Part shown: piece after piece, positions 8,692 through 18,298 of the stretch
Layout of the letters: every line of letters begins with the position of its first letter
How positions within the stretch are numbered: position 1 is the first letter of the stretch
Source: Planctomycetota bacterium
GTDB taxonomy: Bacteria; Planctomycetota; UBA11346
Length of the DNA stretch: 46,702 nt
Reading direction: 5' to 3'
NCBI GenBank assembly: GCA_043788625.1
Contig: JAYVTR010000147.1
Location: 1-46,702, forward strand
Notes under the pieces: generated by a model
What the model saw: only the letters and a program-made list of their open reading frames with translations
The model's database searches: none
What the model was told of the DNA's origin: nothing
Made by a program: the position numbers and the translations under genes

Positions 8692-9558
8692 ATGGCAGAG
8701 CTGCATCCCGATGTGTCGTTTCCGCTCTTTGGCGGCGGCTCGACGGTGGCAGTCACGGATTACCTACGCCTGCGCCTGCTCCATATCGGCGGCACGACGG
8801 TTGATAAGGCCTGGGGCTGCGCCGATTACAAAGTTTCCTATTGGCGTATTTATGTAAACCTCGACGAGGGCATGACAGCGCAGTTAGCGGGTCAGCGTGA
8901 GATACCGTTACGTGCCGGACATTTGTACGTCATTCCTGCGTGGTTGTCGTGGAGCGGAAGCTGCCGTGGGCGCGTGCGTCATCTCAATGCATCGCTTGAA
9001 TTGCCCAGTCTGCCGCGCGAACAGGTAATCCAGCACTGCCCGCGGATCTTTCACATCGGCGGGTCGGGTTCCCTGCAAGCGGATGCATGGCTTCGGCTGG
9101 GATGCGAGCTGGCCAAAGCTGAACGAGTCAGTGCCCTGCAGACCGCTCATGGCTACGCACTCGCTTATCAGGCCATTGCTGCGGTGTTTACCCAGATCGG
9201 ATCGGTGGCTGACACGATGTTCGTGGCCCCTGGCGAGACTCGTCTTGAAGAGGTCATGGCCTGGATCGAGCGCAACCTCAGCGGCAGCTTTCAGGTGTCA
9301 GATCTGGCGGCAGCAGCGGGCTGCAGTCGTGCCGAGCTGGTACGGCGGTTTCATTCGCTCTACGGTACCTCGCCGGCGCGCTGGGTGCGGCAACGGCGGA
9401 TCGCCGTTGCCGCAGACATGCTGCGCTGCACCGACGAACCGATCGAATTAATTGCAGAACGCTGTGGCTTCAGTGATCGTAGCCGCTTCACCAAAGCCTT
9501 TACGGCGGTGAAGGGCTGCGGCCCCGGAACTTGGCGACGTGTTGAACATCGCGTGTAA
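8692..9558 (+). CDS. AraC family transcriptional regulator
   Basis: C-terminal double HTH (IAERCGFSDRSRFTKAF..VKGCGPGTWR) and cupin-like N-terminus. Divergent from the prepilin-GH operon. Confidence 0.92.
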   Translation: MAELHPDVSFPLFGGGSTVAVTDYLRLRLLHIGGTTVDKAWGCADYKVSYWRIYVNLDEGMTAQLAGQREIPLRAGHLYVIPAWLSWSGSCRGRVRHLNASLELPSLPREQVIQHCPRIFHIGGSGSLQADAWLRLGCELAKAERVSALQTAHGYALAYQAIAAVFTQIGSVADTMFVAPGETRLEEVMAWIERNLSGSFQVSDLAAAAGCSRAELVRRFHSLYGTSPARWVRQRRIAVAADMLRCTDEPIELIAERCGFSDRSRFTKAFTAVKGCGPGTWRRVEHRV

Positions 9559-9559
9559 T

Positions 9560-9586
9560 GACCGGTGGCGGACCACGCCACCGGTC
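9560..9586. terminator. Hairpin between convergent genes
   Basis: GACCGGTGGCG-GACCA-CGCCACCGGTC, perfect 11-bp stem, no clear U-tract. Confidence 0.55.
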
Positions 9587-9604
9587 GTTACAGAGGTGAT
9601 GCGG

Positions 9605-10930
9605 TCAACCGCTAATGAGCTTCTTAATCTCCGCCAATTTGGCATCGCGTAGTGCGGCGCTATCTGCTTCCAAGTTCAATCGCACCACAGGCTCCGTATT
9701 CGATGCGCGGAGGTTAAACCACCAATCGGCAAAGCGCACCGTGACGCCGTCGAGTTCTTCGACTTTGCCGCCGCTGAGTGCCCTGGCGCGGGCGAAAACG
9801 GCGGCTGCATCGGCCACCTTGAAATTGATCTCACCGGTATGGAAGTACTTCATCAACGGCTTGATCAAGCCCGCTAAAGAAGTGCTTTCGCTGATGATGT
9901 TGCCCAACAGCAGGAAGGCGAAGAGGCCCGAGTCTGCGCCATAGAAATCGCGGAAATAATAGTGCCCCGACAGCTCACCGGCAAAAATTGCGTGGTGCTC
10001 TTTCATGGTCTGCTTGATGAAGCTGTGGCCGACGCGGGTCTCGATTGGCTTGCCACCCAGCGAGGCGATGAACTCGGGCACCACTTTTGACGAGCGCAGG
10101 TCATAGGCGACCGTCGCCCCTGGCTCTTTGGCCAGAAAGTATTTTGCCAACAGGGCGGTGGTCAGATCGCAGGTGATGATGCCGCCGGTTTCGTCGACCA
10201 GCGCGCAGCGGTCGCCATCACCGTCGAAGCCGGCACCGAAGTCGGCTTTCTCAGCTTTCACCTTGGCCACCAGGTCGGCGAGGTTCTCGTTCTTCAACGG
10301 ATTCGCTTCGTGGTTAGGAAAACGGCCATCAGGATCGAAATAGAGGGGGATGATGGTCAGATTGGGCAGTTTGGGGGCGAGATGCTGAAACAGCGTGCCG
10401 ATAATGCCATTGCCGCCGTCGACGACGACTTTCAGCGGGCGCTTGGGGTTCCACAGCTTGGCCAAGTAGGTGGCATAGGCATCGAGGGTGAAGGCCTCTT
10501 CGATGCGCCCGCCAGGAGCTTTGACGACCTGTGCCAGACGGGCGATGGTCTCGATCTCTTCCATGCCAGTGCCGCCACCGATGGGCTTGAAGCCGGGGCC
10601 GGTGATCTTGACGCCACCATAGCCGGCCGGGTTGTGGCTGGCGGTGATCATGGCGCCGCCAGCGGTGTCGAGGTGGTGCATGCTGAAGGTTACCGTCGGC
10701 GTCGAAACCATGCCGACGTCGATGACGATCACACCCGCATCGACCAAGCCGCGCATGTAGGCCTGCTTCAAGGCTGGGCCGGAGACGCGCATGTCGCGGC
10801 CCACGGTATAACGCTTGCCGCACAGCTGTAATACCTGCGCCGTGGCATTGCCGATGTGGTAGGCCAGCGTTTCGTTGAGTTCCTGCGGATAAAGGCCGCG
10901 GATGTCGTAGGCTTTGAACGGATCGGGCAT
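9605..10930 (-). CDS. Phosphomannomutase/phosphoglucomutase
   Basis: FKAYDIRG, TASHNP phosphoserine loop, FDGDGDR metal loop, GELSGH, RASNTEP. Start at ATG 10930. Confidence 0.95.
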   Translation of the reverse strand: MPDPFKAYDIRGLYPQELNETLAYHIGNATAQVLQLCGKRYTVGRDMRVSGPALKQAYMRGLVDAGVIVIDVGMVSTPTVTFSMHHLDTAGGAMITASHNPAGYGGVKITGPGFKPIGGGTGMEEIETIARLAQVVKAPGGRIEEAFTLDAYATYLAKLWNPKRPLKVVVDGGNGIIGTLFQHLAPKLPNLTIIPLYFDPDGRFPNHEANPLKNENLADLVAKVKAEKADFGAGFDGDGDRCALVDETGGIITCDLTTALLAKYFLAKEPGATVAYDLRSSKVVPEFIASLGGKPIETRVGHSFIKQTMKEHHAIFAGELSGHYYFRDFYGADSGLFAFLLLGNIISESTSLAGLIKPLMKYFHTGEINFKVADAAAVFARARALSGGKVEELDGVTVRFADWWFNLRASNTEPVVRLNLEADSAALRDAKLAEIKKLISG

Positions 10931-11083
10931 GGTATGGTCGTGGCTGTTAGGTCGTAAAGACGGGTTAAGAAAAGGACTTAAGAGGGCATATGGTGTAGAA
11001 CTAAAGCCGCCCGCCAACTGTCAATTTGTGGCTCGGCGGTCGACACTGGCCCATTTGATGATCGGTATACTCTCTGGCCCGCC

Positions 11084-13936
11084 ATGAAGACCGCCCGCAT
11101 CGACGTCCTCCCCGCCCTGAGCAGCATCGACCCGCATTTGGTCCATGAAGCTAAACTCCTCGGGCTTGACCTGAAGGACCTGCGCAAGAGTCGTTATTAC
11201 CTCATCCAGGGTGAATTCGATGAGGCCGGCTTGGCCCGCGTCGCGCGCCTGCTGGCCGACCCCATCACTGAGCGTTCGGCGCTGGTGCCGCCGACGTCGG
11301 TTGGCCGGCGGGTGATCGAGGTCCAGCGCAAGACTGGGGTCATGGATCCCGTCGAAGCCTCGGTCATCAAGGGCGCTAAGGACCTGGGCGTGACCTTGAC
11401 CCTGGTGCGCGTCGGAACGCGCGTTGAGATTGTCGGTGCCACCGACACCGAGTGCCAGACCCTGGCGTGGAAGGCCCTCGCCAATCAAGCCATCGAAGAA
11501 GTCGTCATCGACCCGCGAGAGGCCGTGCGCCTCAAAGCTCCGGGTGGTCAGTTGGTGCAAAAGCGCACTGAAGTCGCCATCGATGGCCTCGACGCCGCCG
11601 GCCTGATGAAGCTGTCGCAAGACGGCTGCCTCAGCCTAACCTTGGATGAAATGCAGACGATCCAGGCCTACTTCCGCAAGGAGGGCCGCGCTCCCAGCGA
11701 TATCGAGCTCGAGTCTTTGGCCCAGACGTGGTCCGAGCATTGCGTACACAAGACCCTCAAAGGCCTGGTCGAATACACCGATCAGCACGGCACGCGTATC
11801 ATCGACAACCTGCTCAAGCAGACCATCGCCCGGGCGACCAAAGAGCTCGACCGTCCGTGGTGCTTATCGGTGTTTAAAGACAACTCCGGCGTCATCGAAT
11901 TCGACGATGCCAACGGCGTGTGCATCAAGGTCGAGACCCACAATCGTCCGTCGGCGATCGAGCCATACGGCGGCGCCAACACCGGCTTGGGCGGCGTCAT
12001 CCGTGACGTGATCGCCACCGGCCTCGGCGCTAAGCCGATCTTCAACACCAACGTGTTCTGCTTTGGCGATCTTGATGCCAAGGCTGAGGAGCTGCCCCCG
12101 GGCACCATCCATCCGCGGCGCCTGATGCGTGGCGTGGTCAACGGCGTGCGCGACTACGGCAACCGCATGGGCATTCCGACGGTCAATGGCGCGATCCGTT
12201 TCGATCCGCGCTATGTCGGCAACCCGCTGGTGTTCTGCGGCACCGGCGGCCTGATTCCCAAGGAGCGCATCGAAAAAGCCGCGCTCATCGGCGATCACTT
12301 GATCGTTGCCGGCGGCCGCACCGGTCGCGACGGCATCCATGGCGCCACGTTCAGTTCGGCGGAGCTCACCGACAAGTCGGAAGTGGTGTCGTCGGGCGCG
12401 GTGCAGATCGGCAATGCCATCGAAGAAAAGCGCGTCATGGACACCTTGCTGCAGTGCAGCGCCAAGGGCCTGTTCACGGCCGCCACCGACTGCGGCGCCG
12501 GCGGCTTGTCGTCGGCCTGCGGTGAGATTTCCGCCGAGCACGGGGCGCAGATCCACCTCGATCGCGTGCTGTTGAAGTATGCCGGGTTGAGCTATCCCGA
12601 GATCTGGATCAGCGAATCGCAAGAGCGCATGGTGATGACCGTGCGCCCTGAGAATGTCGCGGAAGTATTGGCTATTTTTGCTTCGGAAAACGTCGAGGCC
12701 TTCGATATCGGCGACATCAGCGGTAGCAAGCGTCTGGAACTGTTCTGGCATGGCGAGCGCATGGCTGATCTCGACATGCATTTCCTGCACGATGGCGTGC
12801 CGCGCCTCAAGCGCTCGGCAACCTTCACCCCGCCCATCGAGCGCGACGCGGTCTACACCGCGCCGAAGGACTTGGCGAAGACCCTGTGCTCGGTATTGGC
12901 GAGGCCGAATGTAGCCAGCAAGGAATGGGTCATCCGCCAGTATGATCACGAAGTTCAGGCCGGCTCGATCGTCAAGCCGTTGGTTGGAGTGGCGCATGAC
13001 GGTCCGTCGGACGCCGCCGTGGTCGCACCGATACCCGGCAATGATCGCGGTATTGCGGTGGCCTGCGGACTGAACACCAATTTCAGCGACGTCGATGCCT
13101 ATCATGCGACGGCTTCCGGCATCGAAGAAGCTTTGCGCAATCTGGTGTGCGTCGGCGCGCCGATCGACAAGGTTGCCATCCTCGACAACTTCTCTTGGGC
13201 CAAATGCACCGATCCGGCGGTCTTCGGCGCCTTGGTACGGGCCTGCGATGCGTGCTACGACTTCGCCATGTATTACGGCACGCCGTTTGTCAGCGGCAAA
13301 GACAGCCTGTCGAACGAGTTCACCTTCGGCGGCAAGACCATCAAGATTCCGCACACCCTGCTGATCACCGCTTTGACGGTAGTTCCGGACATCAAGCGCT
13401 CGATCACCATGGATGCCAAGGTCGTTGGCGACCTGGTGGTGGTGGTGGGCGTTACCCGTAATGAGATGGCCGGCAGTGAATATCTCGGCCTTCTGGGCGT
13501 CAGTGGCGGCATTGTGCCGAAGGTCGATCGTGCTTTGTCGAAGCCGATGCTTGATGCCACCGCCGCCGTCATCCACGCCGGCTTTGCCAATGCGGCGCAC
13601 GACTGTTCCGACGGTGGTCTGGGCGTTACCCTTGCCGAGATGGCCTTTGCTGGCGGCATCGGCATGGACCTCGATCTCGGTAAGGTGAAGGTCGAAGGCA
13701 TCACCACCCTCGATCGGGTGCTGTTCAGCGAATCGCAGAGCCGCATCGTGCTGACCATTCCCGCCGCCAAGCTGGCTCAGGCGCATGCATTCCTCAAGGA
13801 CATCCCGCATGCGCTGATCGGACACACGATTGCCGAACCAGTGCTGAAGGTGCGCGGACACGGTGCGGAGTTCACCGCCAAGCTCAGCGAGTTGAAGGCT
13901 GCCTGGCAGGGCACCTTGCGAGTGATGGAGCTGTAA
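11084..13936 (+). CDS. purL: Phosphoribosylformylglycinamidine synthase synthetase subunit with N-terminal PurS-like extension (no PurQ domain)
   Basis: QTWSEHCVHK, KVETHN, GRDGIHGATFSS, DCGAGG, SESQERM, QYDHEV, SGKDS, HDCSDGG. The N-terminal ~150 aa contain the PurS-like LLADPITE, GVMDP and LANQAIE. Confidence 0.95.
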   Translation: MKTARIDVLPALSSIDPHLVHEAKLLGLDLKDLRKSRYYLIQGEFDEAGLARVARLLADPITERSALVPPTSVGRRVIEVQRKTGVMDPVEASVIKGAKDLGVTLTLVRVGTRVEIVGATDTECQTLAWKALANQAIEEVVIDPREAVRLKAPGGQLVQKRTEVAIDGLDAAGLMKLSQDGCLSLTLDEMQTIQAYFRKEGRAPSDIELESLAQTWSEHCVHKTLKGLVEYTDQHGTRIIDNLLKQTIARATKELDRPWCLSVFKDNSGVIEFDDANGVCIKVETHNRPSAIEPYGGANTGLGGVIRDVIATGLGAKPIFNTNVFCFGDLDAKAEELPPGTIHPRRLMRGVVNGVRDYGNRMGIPTVNGAIRFDPRYVGNPLVFCGTGGLIPKERIEKAALIGDHLIVAGGRTGRDGIHGATFSSAELTDKSEVVSSGAVQIGNAIEEKRVMDTLLQCSAKGLFTAATDCGAGGLSSACGEISAEHGAQIHLDRVLLKYAGLSYPEIWISESQERMVMTVRPENVAEVLAIFASENVEAFDIGDISGSKRLELFWHGERMADLDMHFLHDGVPRLKRSATFTPPIERDAVYTAPKDLAKTLCSVLARPNVASKEWVIRQYDHEVQAGSIVKPLVGVAHDGPSDAAVVAPIPGNDRGIAVACGLNTNFSDVDAYHATASGIEEALRNLVCVGAPIDKVAILDNFSWAKCTDPAVFGALVRACDACYDFAMYYGTPFVSGKDSLSNEFTFGGKTIKIPHTLLITALTVVPDIKRSITMDAKVVGDLVVVVGVTRNEMAGSEYLGLLGVSGGIVPKVDRALSKPMLDATAAVIHAGFANAAHDCSDGGLGVTLAEMAFAGGIGMDLDLGKVKVEGITTLDRVLFSESQSRIVLTIPAAKLAQAHAFLKDIPHALIGHTIAEPVLKVRGHGAEFTAKLSELKAAWQGTLRVMEL

Positions 13937-15460
13937 GTGAACGATGCGTTGCTGTGGGCATTGGGGATCTTCCTCCTCGCGGTCAATTTCTTCTTCGTCC
14001 TCGCCGAGTTTGCGCTGGTGCGCGTCCGCGGCAGCCGCGTAGAAGAGCTGATAAATGCTGGCGACAGCCGGGCAAAAATCATTCAGCGCATCCAGGCGAA
14101 GATGGATGAATACCTGTCAGTGGTGCAGGTGGGGATTACCGGGGCCACTTTAGGAATCGGCATCATCATCGAAGGCGGTATCACCAGACCGATCGAGTAC
14201 AGCCTGGCGATGATGTTCGGTGAGACGGCCATGATCAAAGCCATCGGCCACGGCCTGGGTTTTCTCATGGCCACCTACCTGGTCATCGTTGCCAGTGAAT
14301 TGCTGCCCAAATCGTTGGCGTTTCGTTACGCCGAACGCTGCGCACTGCTTACCGCCAGGCCCATGCTGTGGTGCCATCATGCGCTGTATCCGTTGCTATG
14401 GCTGCTGACCTCGTCAGCCCAAGGCCTATTACGGGTGATGGGTCTGCGTAAAGATACCGTCGATACTCCGCATAGTGAAGACGAGCTGCGTATCCTGCTC
14501 GATCAGAGCCAAGAACACGGCCTGATGAGTTTCCGCCGTCTGTTGTTCATGGAAAATATTTTTGAGTTCGGCGAACTCACCGTCAAAGATGCCATGCGCC
14601 ATCGCAGCCAGGTGCGTTACCTGTTGGCGGATCTGCATTGGAAGGACACCCTCGAATTCCTCGGTACCTGGCCATTTTCGCGCTTTCCACTTGTCGATCA
14701 GGATCCGGAAAAGCCGATTGGCTTCATCCATGTCAAAGACCTGTTCTATCAGCGTTATTTTTACCGGGCGCAGCAGGGCGACCCGATCGACCTGCGTACG
14801 CTGGCCCGGCCGTTGATGGTGGTGGCGGAGTCGAACAACCTCGAAAGCGTGCTCGCGGAGATGCAGCGTCGGCGCTTGCAGATGGCCCTGGTGCAGAATC
14901 CCACCGGCACATGGACGGGGGTCATCACCCTCGAAGATATTCTCGAGGAAGTTGTCGGCACCATCGGCGATGAATTTGAAAGCGAGACGCCGATCACGCT
15001 CATCGATCACCTGACGCCTGGACGGGTGGTATTGGATATCGACGCCCCCAATCTGGCTGAGGCTTTGCGCACCGCGTTTGCCCGGGTGCCCGCCGAAGAG
15101 CTGCCTCTCGAACGCGACCTGATCATCAAGGCGGTGATGGAACGTGAACGCCTCGCTGGGACCTACCTCGGCAAAGGCATCGCTTTGCCGCATGCGCGTT
15201 TGCCCGGCATCGCCAAAGCCGCCTTATTCATCGTCCGTTCGCGTTTAGGTATTCCGGTCGAAGGTAGTTCTGAACGCGCTCGCCTGCTATTCGTGCTGTT
15301 GACGCCGGCTGGTCAACCGCGCGTGCATCAGCGCATGCAGGCGCGCATCGCCGGAATGCTGGAAAACAGCGAATACGTCGAGGATCACCTGCTTGAATCG
15401 ACAACGCCGGCTGAAGTGGTCGAGATCGTCCGCACCGGCGAACAAGCGGCGCTGGACTAA
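13937..15460 (+). CDS. CNNM(DUF21)-CBS pair (CorB/TlyC family) protein with C-terminal PTS EIIA domain
   Basis: FFVLAEFALV, SELLPKSLA, FSRFP, GVITLEDILEEVVG; then AVMERERLAGTYLGKGIALPHAR (EIIA Fru/Ntr signature). Confidence 0.88.
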   Translation: MNDALLWALGIFLLAVNFFFVLAEFALVRVRGSRVEELINAGDSRAKIIQRIQAKMDEYLSVVQVGITGATLGIGIIIEGGITRPIEYSLAMMFGETAMIKAIGHGLGFLMATYLVIVASELLPKSLAFRYAERCALLTARPMLWCHHALYPLLWLLTSSAQGLLRVMGLRKDTVDTPHSEDELRILLDQSQEHGLMSFRRLLFMENIFEFGELTVKDAMRHRSQVRYLLADLHWKDTLEFLGTWPFSRFPLVDQDPEKPIGFIHVKDLFYQRYFYRAQQGDPIDLRTLARPLMVVAESNNLESVLAEMQRRRLQMALVQNPTGTWTGVITLEDILEEVVGTIGDEFESETPITLIDHLTPGRVVLDIDAPNLAEALRTAFARVPAEELPLERDLIIKAVMERERLAGTYLGKGIALPHARLPGIAKAALFIVRSRLGIPVEGSSERARLLFVLLTPAGQPRVHQRMQARIAGMLENSEYVEDHLLESTTPAEVVEIVRTGEQAALD

Positions 15461-15461
15461 C

Positions 15462-15977
15462 ATGGATTTCGGCTCGGACACCATTATCGGCGGTCACGTG
15501 CGGCTGATCCTCATGGATTGCTTCGAGACGCTGGTGCAGCTGACCGACAAGGGGTATGTGGCACGCAACGGCATTGAACGTTTCATCGTGCATTTCACCA
15601 GCCAACGAGGCATCCCCATTGTGGTGATCAGTGATGCGCCCGAGGCGGCAATCGCCAACGCCTTGCGTCAAGCCGGCCTGCTGACGCGGATTGCGGGGAT
15701 CTATGATACGCGCGCTGCCGACCAATTAGCGGATTCCCGTGCCCGCAAGCGTCTGGATGTGCCCTTGGCAGAGATGAACATCGACGCCAAATCCTCAGTA
15801 TTCATCGGGGACAGTCCGTTGGACGCCGAGGCCGCCCGTTATCATGGCGTGCCGTTCATCCGCGTACCGCGCAGTGAAGATCGCTCCTTTTCATTTGTGC
15901 GGCTGATTGACGGACCTAGCCGGTATCGCAGCGGCGAGTTCATCGTCCATCTCGAACAGACCTACCGTACCCCGTGA
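15462..15977 (+). CDS. HAD-superfamily hydrolase
   Basis: Motif I LMDCFETL, motif II VISD, motif IV FIGDSPLD. Confidence 0.75.
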   Translation: MDFGSDTIIGGHVRLILMDCFETLVQLTDKGYVARNGIERFIVHFTSQRGIPIVVISDAPEAAIANALRQAGLLTRIAGIYDTRAADQLADSRARKRLDVPLAEMNIDAKSSVFIGDSPLDAEAARYHGVPFIRVPRSEDRSFSFVRLIDGPSRYRSGEFIVHLEQTYRTP

Positions 15978-16633
15978 GCCAGGTCATTCGCCCAATGCCC
16001 CGGCATACGTTTTTCACCATGTTCATCCAGGCCATGGGGGTGCTCATTCTGCGCCCATGGACGCGTCTGTGTTTCCGCAACCACGTGCGCTACGCGGCGC
16101 CGTTGTCGCATCCCTGCGTCTTCGCCAGCAATCACCGGAGTTTTGCCGATCCTCCGTTTGTAGCCATGTGTTCGAGCCAGCCGATCGCCTTTTTTGCCCG
16201 GGCCAACTTGTGGCGTGCTCCTGTCTTGCGGCAGATGCTCAATGCTTTTTATGGCATTCCGGTGGAACGTGAAAATCCCAGCATCAGCAGCATGAAGGGG
16301 GCCATCGAGCGCCTGCGTTCAGGTATCAGCGTGCTGGTCTTCCCTGAGGGCACACGCACCAAGAATGGATGCCTGAGCAAGCTGCGCGACGGACCGGCGC
16401 TATTTGCCCGGCGTGGCGGGGTACCGTTGATTCCGGTGTACGTCCACCGCAGCGAAGCCATCTGGCCGCGCGGGGCGATCTTGCCGCGGCTGTGCGGCAA
16501 ACGCACCGAGATTCGCTTTGGAAAGCCGATCAGCGCTCCGCCAGGGCTGGAGCCACGCGCAGCTGATGCCTGGGTAACCCGTCAGCTGGATTTGTGGATG
16601 CACCAACAAGAGCGTGAGCTGCAGCACGGCTGA
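15974..16633 (+). CDS. plsC: 1-acyl-sn-glycerol-3-phosphate acyltransferase
   Basis: NHRSFAD (HX4D) and FPEGTR motifs. Confidence 0.88.
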   Translation: MSQVIRPMPRHTFFTMFIQAMGVLILRPWTRLCFRNHVRYAAPLSHPCVFASNHRSFADPPFVAMCSSQPIAFFARANLWRAPVLRQMLNAFYGIPVERENPSISSMKGAIERLRSGISVLVFPEGTRTKNGCLSKLRDGPALFARRGGVPLIPVYVHRSEAIWPRGAILPRLCGKRTEIRFGKPISAPPGLEPRAADAWVTRQLDLWMHQQERELQHG

Positions 16634-16697
16634 CTCGGCTGGGAAGGCCACGCATTATGAGTTGTCGGCTGTTTCCGCTTTTTGAAACTAGCAGCCC

Positions 16698-18260
16698 ATG
16701 AGCGTCGACCCTATTGCCTTCGAGAATCAGCGCCCCGAGTGGCAGCGTTGGCTGAACCAGTTTTGTGAAAATTGGATTTTCGCATTTTTGGTCGCCATGG
16801 CCATTCGTCATTTCGCCATCGAAGCCTTTCGCATCCCCACCGCATCGATGGAGCCAATGCTCTACGGTGACCCCGGCCTATTCACCGGCGACCATGTAGT
16901 CGTCGATAAGATTACCGCTCCATTCACCGGTTATCACCGCTGGGATGTCACGGTCTTTCAATTTCCCCGCCCTGAAATCGAAGGTGGAAAAGACGCTCGC
17001 CCAGCTATTACCGCCAACGATGAACGTCTCGATTCACCACTGCTGAATCCGCTGTATTGCCGCAACTTTGTTAAGCGCCTGGTGGCTCTGCCCGGTGATA
17101 CGTTCTACATCGCCGGCGGTGATCTGCATCTCAAGCAGGCGGACGGCACCTTTGCCATCGCCCGCAAGCCTGAAAAAATCCAAGAAGCGGTATGGCAGGA
17201 TATCTATGAGCACGGGGCGCAAGCCGGCTATGTGCCATGGGCAGCGAGCGGGTCATCGCAAGTCGCTGCTACTGGTGATGCGCTGACCTTCACCCTCAAC
17301 GCCGGTGATAACGGGGTGTCGTTCATCCAGCCTTTACGCAATATCTACGTCAAACCCGGCAAGGTCCATGTCACCCGTCAGTTCGCCAACGATGGCGGCG
17401 GCACGGTGGAAGTTTCTATGACCAAGCCCATGTTCACGCTGGGCAAAGATCAGGGCAATTTATGGGATCTGGACTCGTGGAAGATTGAGCGGACCATCTC
17501 CGATGACCTAGATGCCGGGCAACGGCGTGAGCTGAATGTAGTCATGACTGAATGGGTCGGTGACGTGCGCATGGTGGGTACGCTGCGTTCGCTATCAGGT
17601 GGGGTCGTCCTGCATTTGAGCCAGGGTCTAGCGCCGTTGGGCCATGATTACGCCCTTGAATTGACCGCCTCGACCTGGCGCCTGACCGGTGATGGTGCCA
17701 TGCTCGGCGATGGCAGCATCGCAACCATAGGTAAGGAACTGCGTTTTAGCCATCTTGACGGCCAAATCGTGGTCGCATTCGATAGTCATGAAGTCGTGCG
17801 TAAAGACGTCCCGGATGTGGATCCATCGGTATTGCGCCTGCGCTTGTCATTGAGTGGCGTGGGCTCTGTGGTGTTAGGTTCTCCCAAGCTGCAGCGGGAT
17901 CTGCATTATTGTGCCAGCGGCATCCTGCGTGACGACTCGGCGGCGTGGCGGGCAAATGAATCCGGTAAGAATGCTGAGGACCAGTTGCTTGCGGATAAAG
18001 CAGGAGAAAATCAACGGCTCATGGCATTGGTGCGCACACAGATGCGCGGCAAGGACCTGACCGCTAAGCAGCTCGTTGAGCGTTGGGGAGTCAGTGCCGA
18101 AACCGCAATCACCGTACCACCTGATTGCTACCTGCTTATGGGCGATAACAGCCCGTTTAGCTGGGATGCCCGTTTTTGGGGTTTTGTCCCCGGTGCGAAT
18201 CTGCGTGGACGCGTCTTTGCCGTCATGTTTCCACCGCAACGATGGAAGCTTGTGCGATGA
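16698..18260 (+). CDS. lepB: Signal peptidase I with large internal insertion
   Basis: TM then IPTASMEP (Ser), GDHVVVDK, FVKRLVALPGD (Lys), C-terminal MGDNSPFSWDARFWGFVP. Confidence 0.9.
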   Translation: MSVDPIAFENQRPEWQRWLNQFCENWIFAFLVAMAIRHFAIEAFRIPTASMEPMLYGDPGLFTGDHVVVDKITAPFTGYHRWDVTVFQFPRPEIEGGKDARPAITANDERLDSPLLNPLYCRNFVKRLVALPGDTFYIAGGDLHLKQADGTFAIARKPEKIQEAVWQDIYEHGAQAGYVPWAASGSSQVAATGDALTFTLNAGDNGVSFIQPLRNIYVKPGKVHVTRQFANDGGGTVEVSMTKPMFTLGKDQGNLWDLDSWKIERTISDDLDAGQRRELNVVMTEWVGDVRMVGTLRSLSGGVVLHLSQGLAPLGHDYALELTASTWRLTGDGAMLGDGSIATIGKELRFSHLDGQIVVAFDSHEVVRKDVPDVDPSVLRLRLSLSGVGSVVLGSPKLQRDLHYCASGILRDDSAAWRANESGKNAEDQLLADKAGENQRLMALVRTQMRGKDLTAKQLVERWGVSAETAITVPPDCYLLMGDNSPFSWDARFWGFVPGANLRGRVFAVMFPPQRWKLVR

Positions 18261-18298
18261 ACAGTTTGCTTATCTGCGGCCCGGCTATGGCCGCCGTC

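Noticed and set aside
11864-13861. 665-aa antisense ORF (and similar ones opposite gap, acs, thuA and DUF4954)
   Set aside because: Antisense shadows produced by GC-biased codon usage of well-supported genes.
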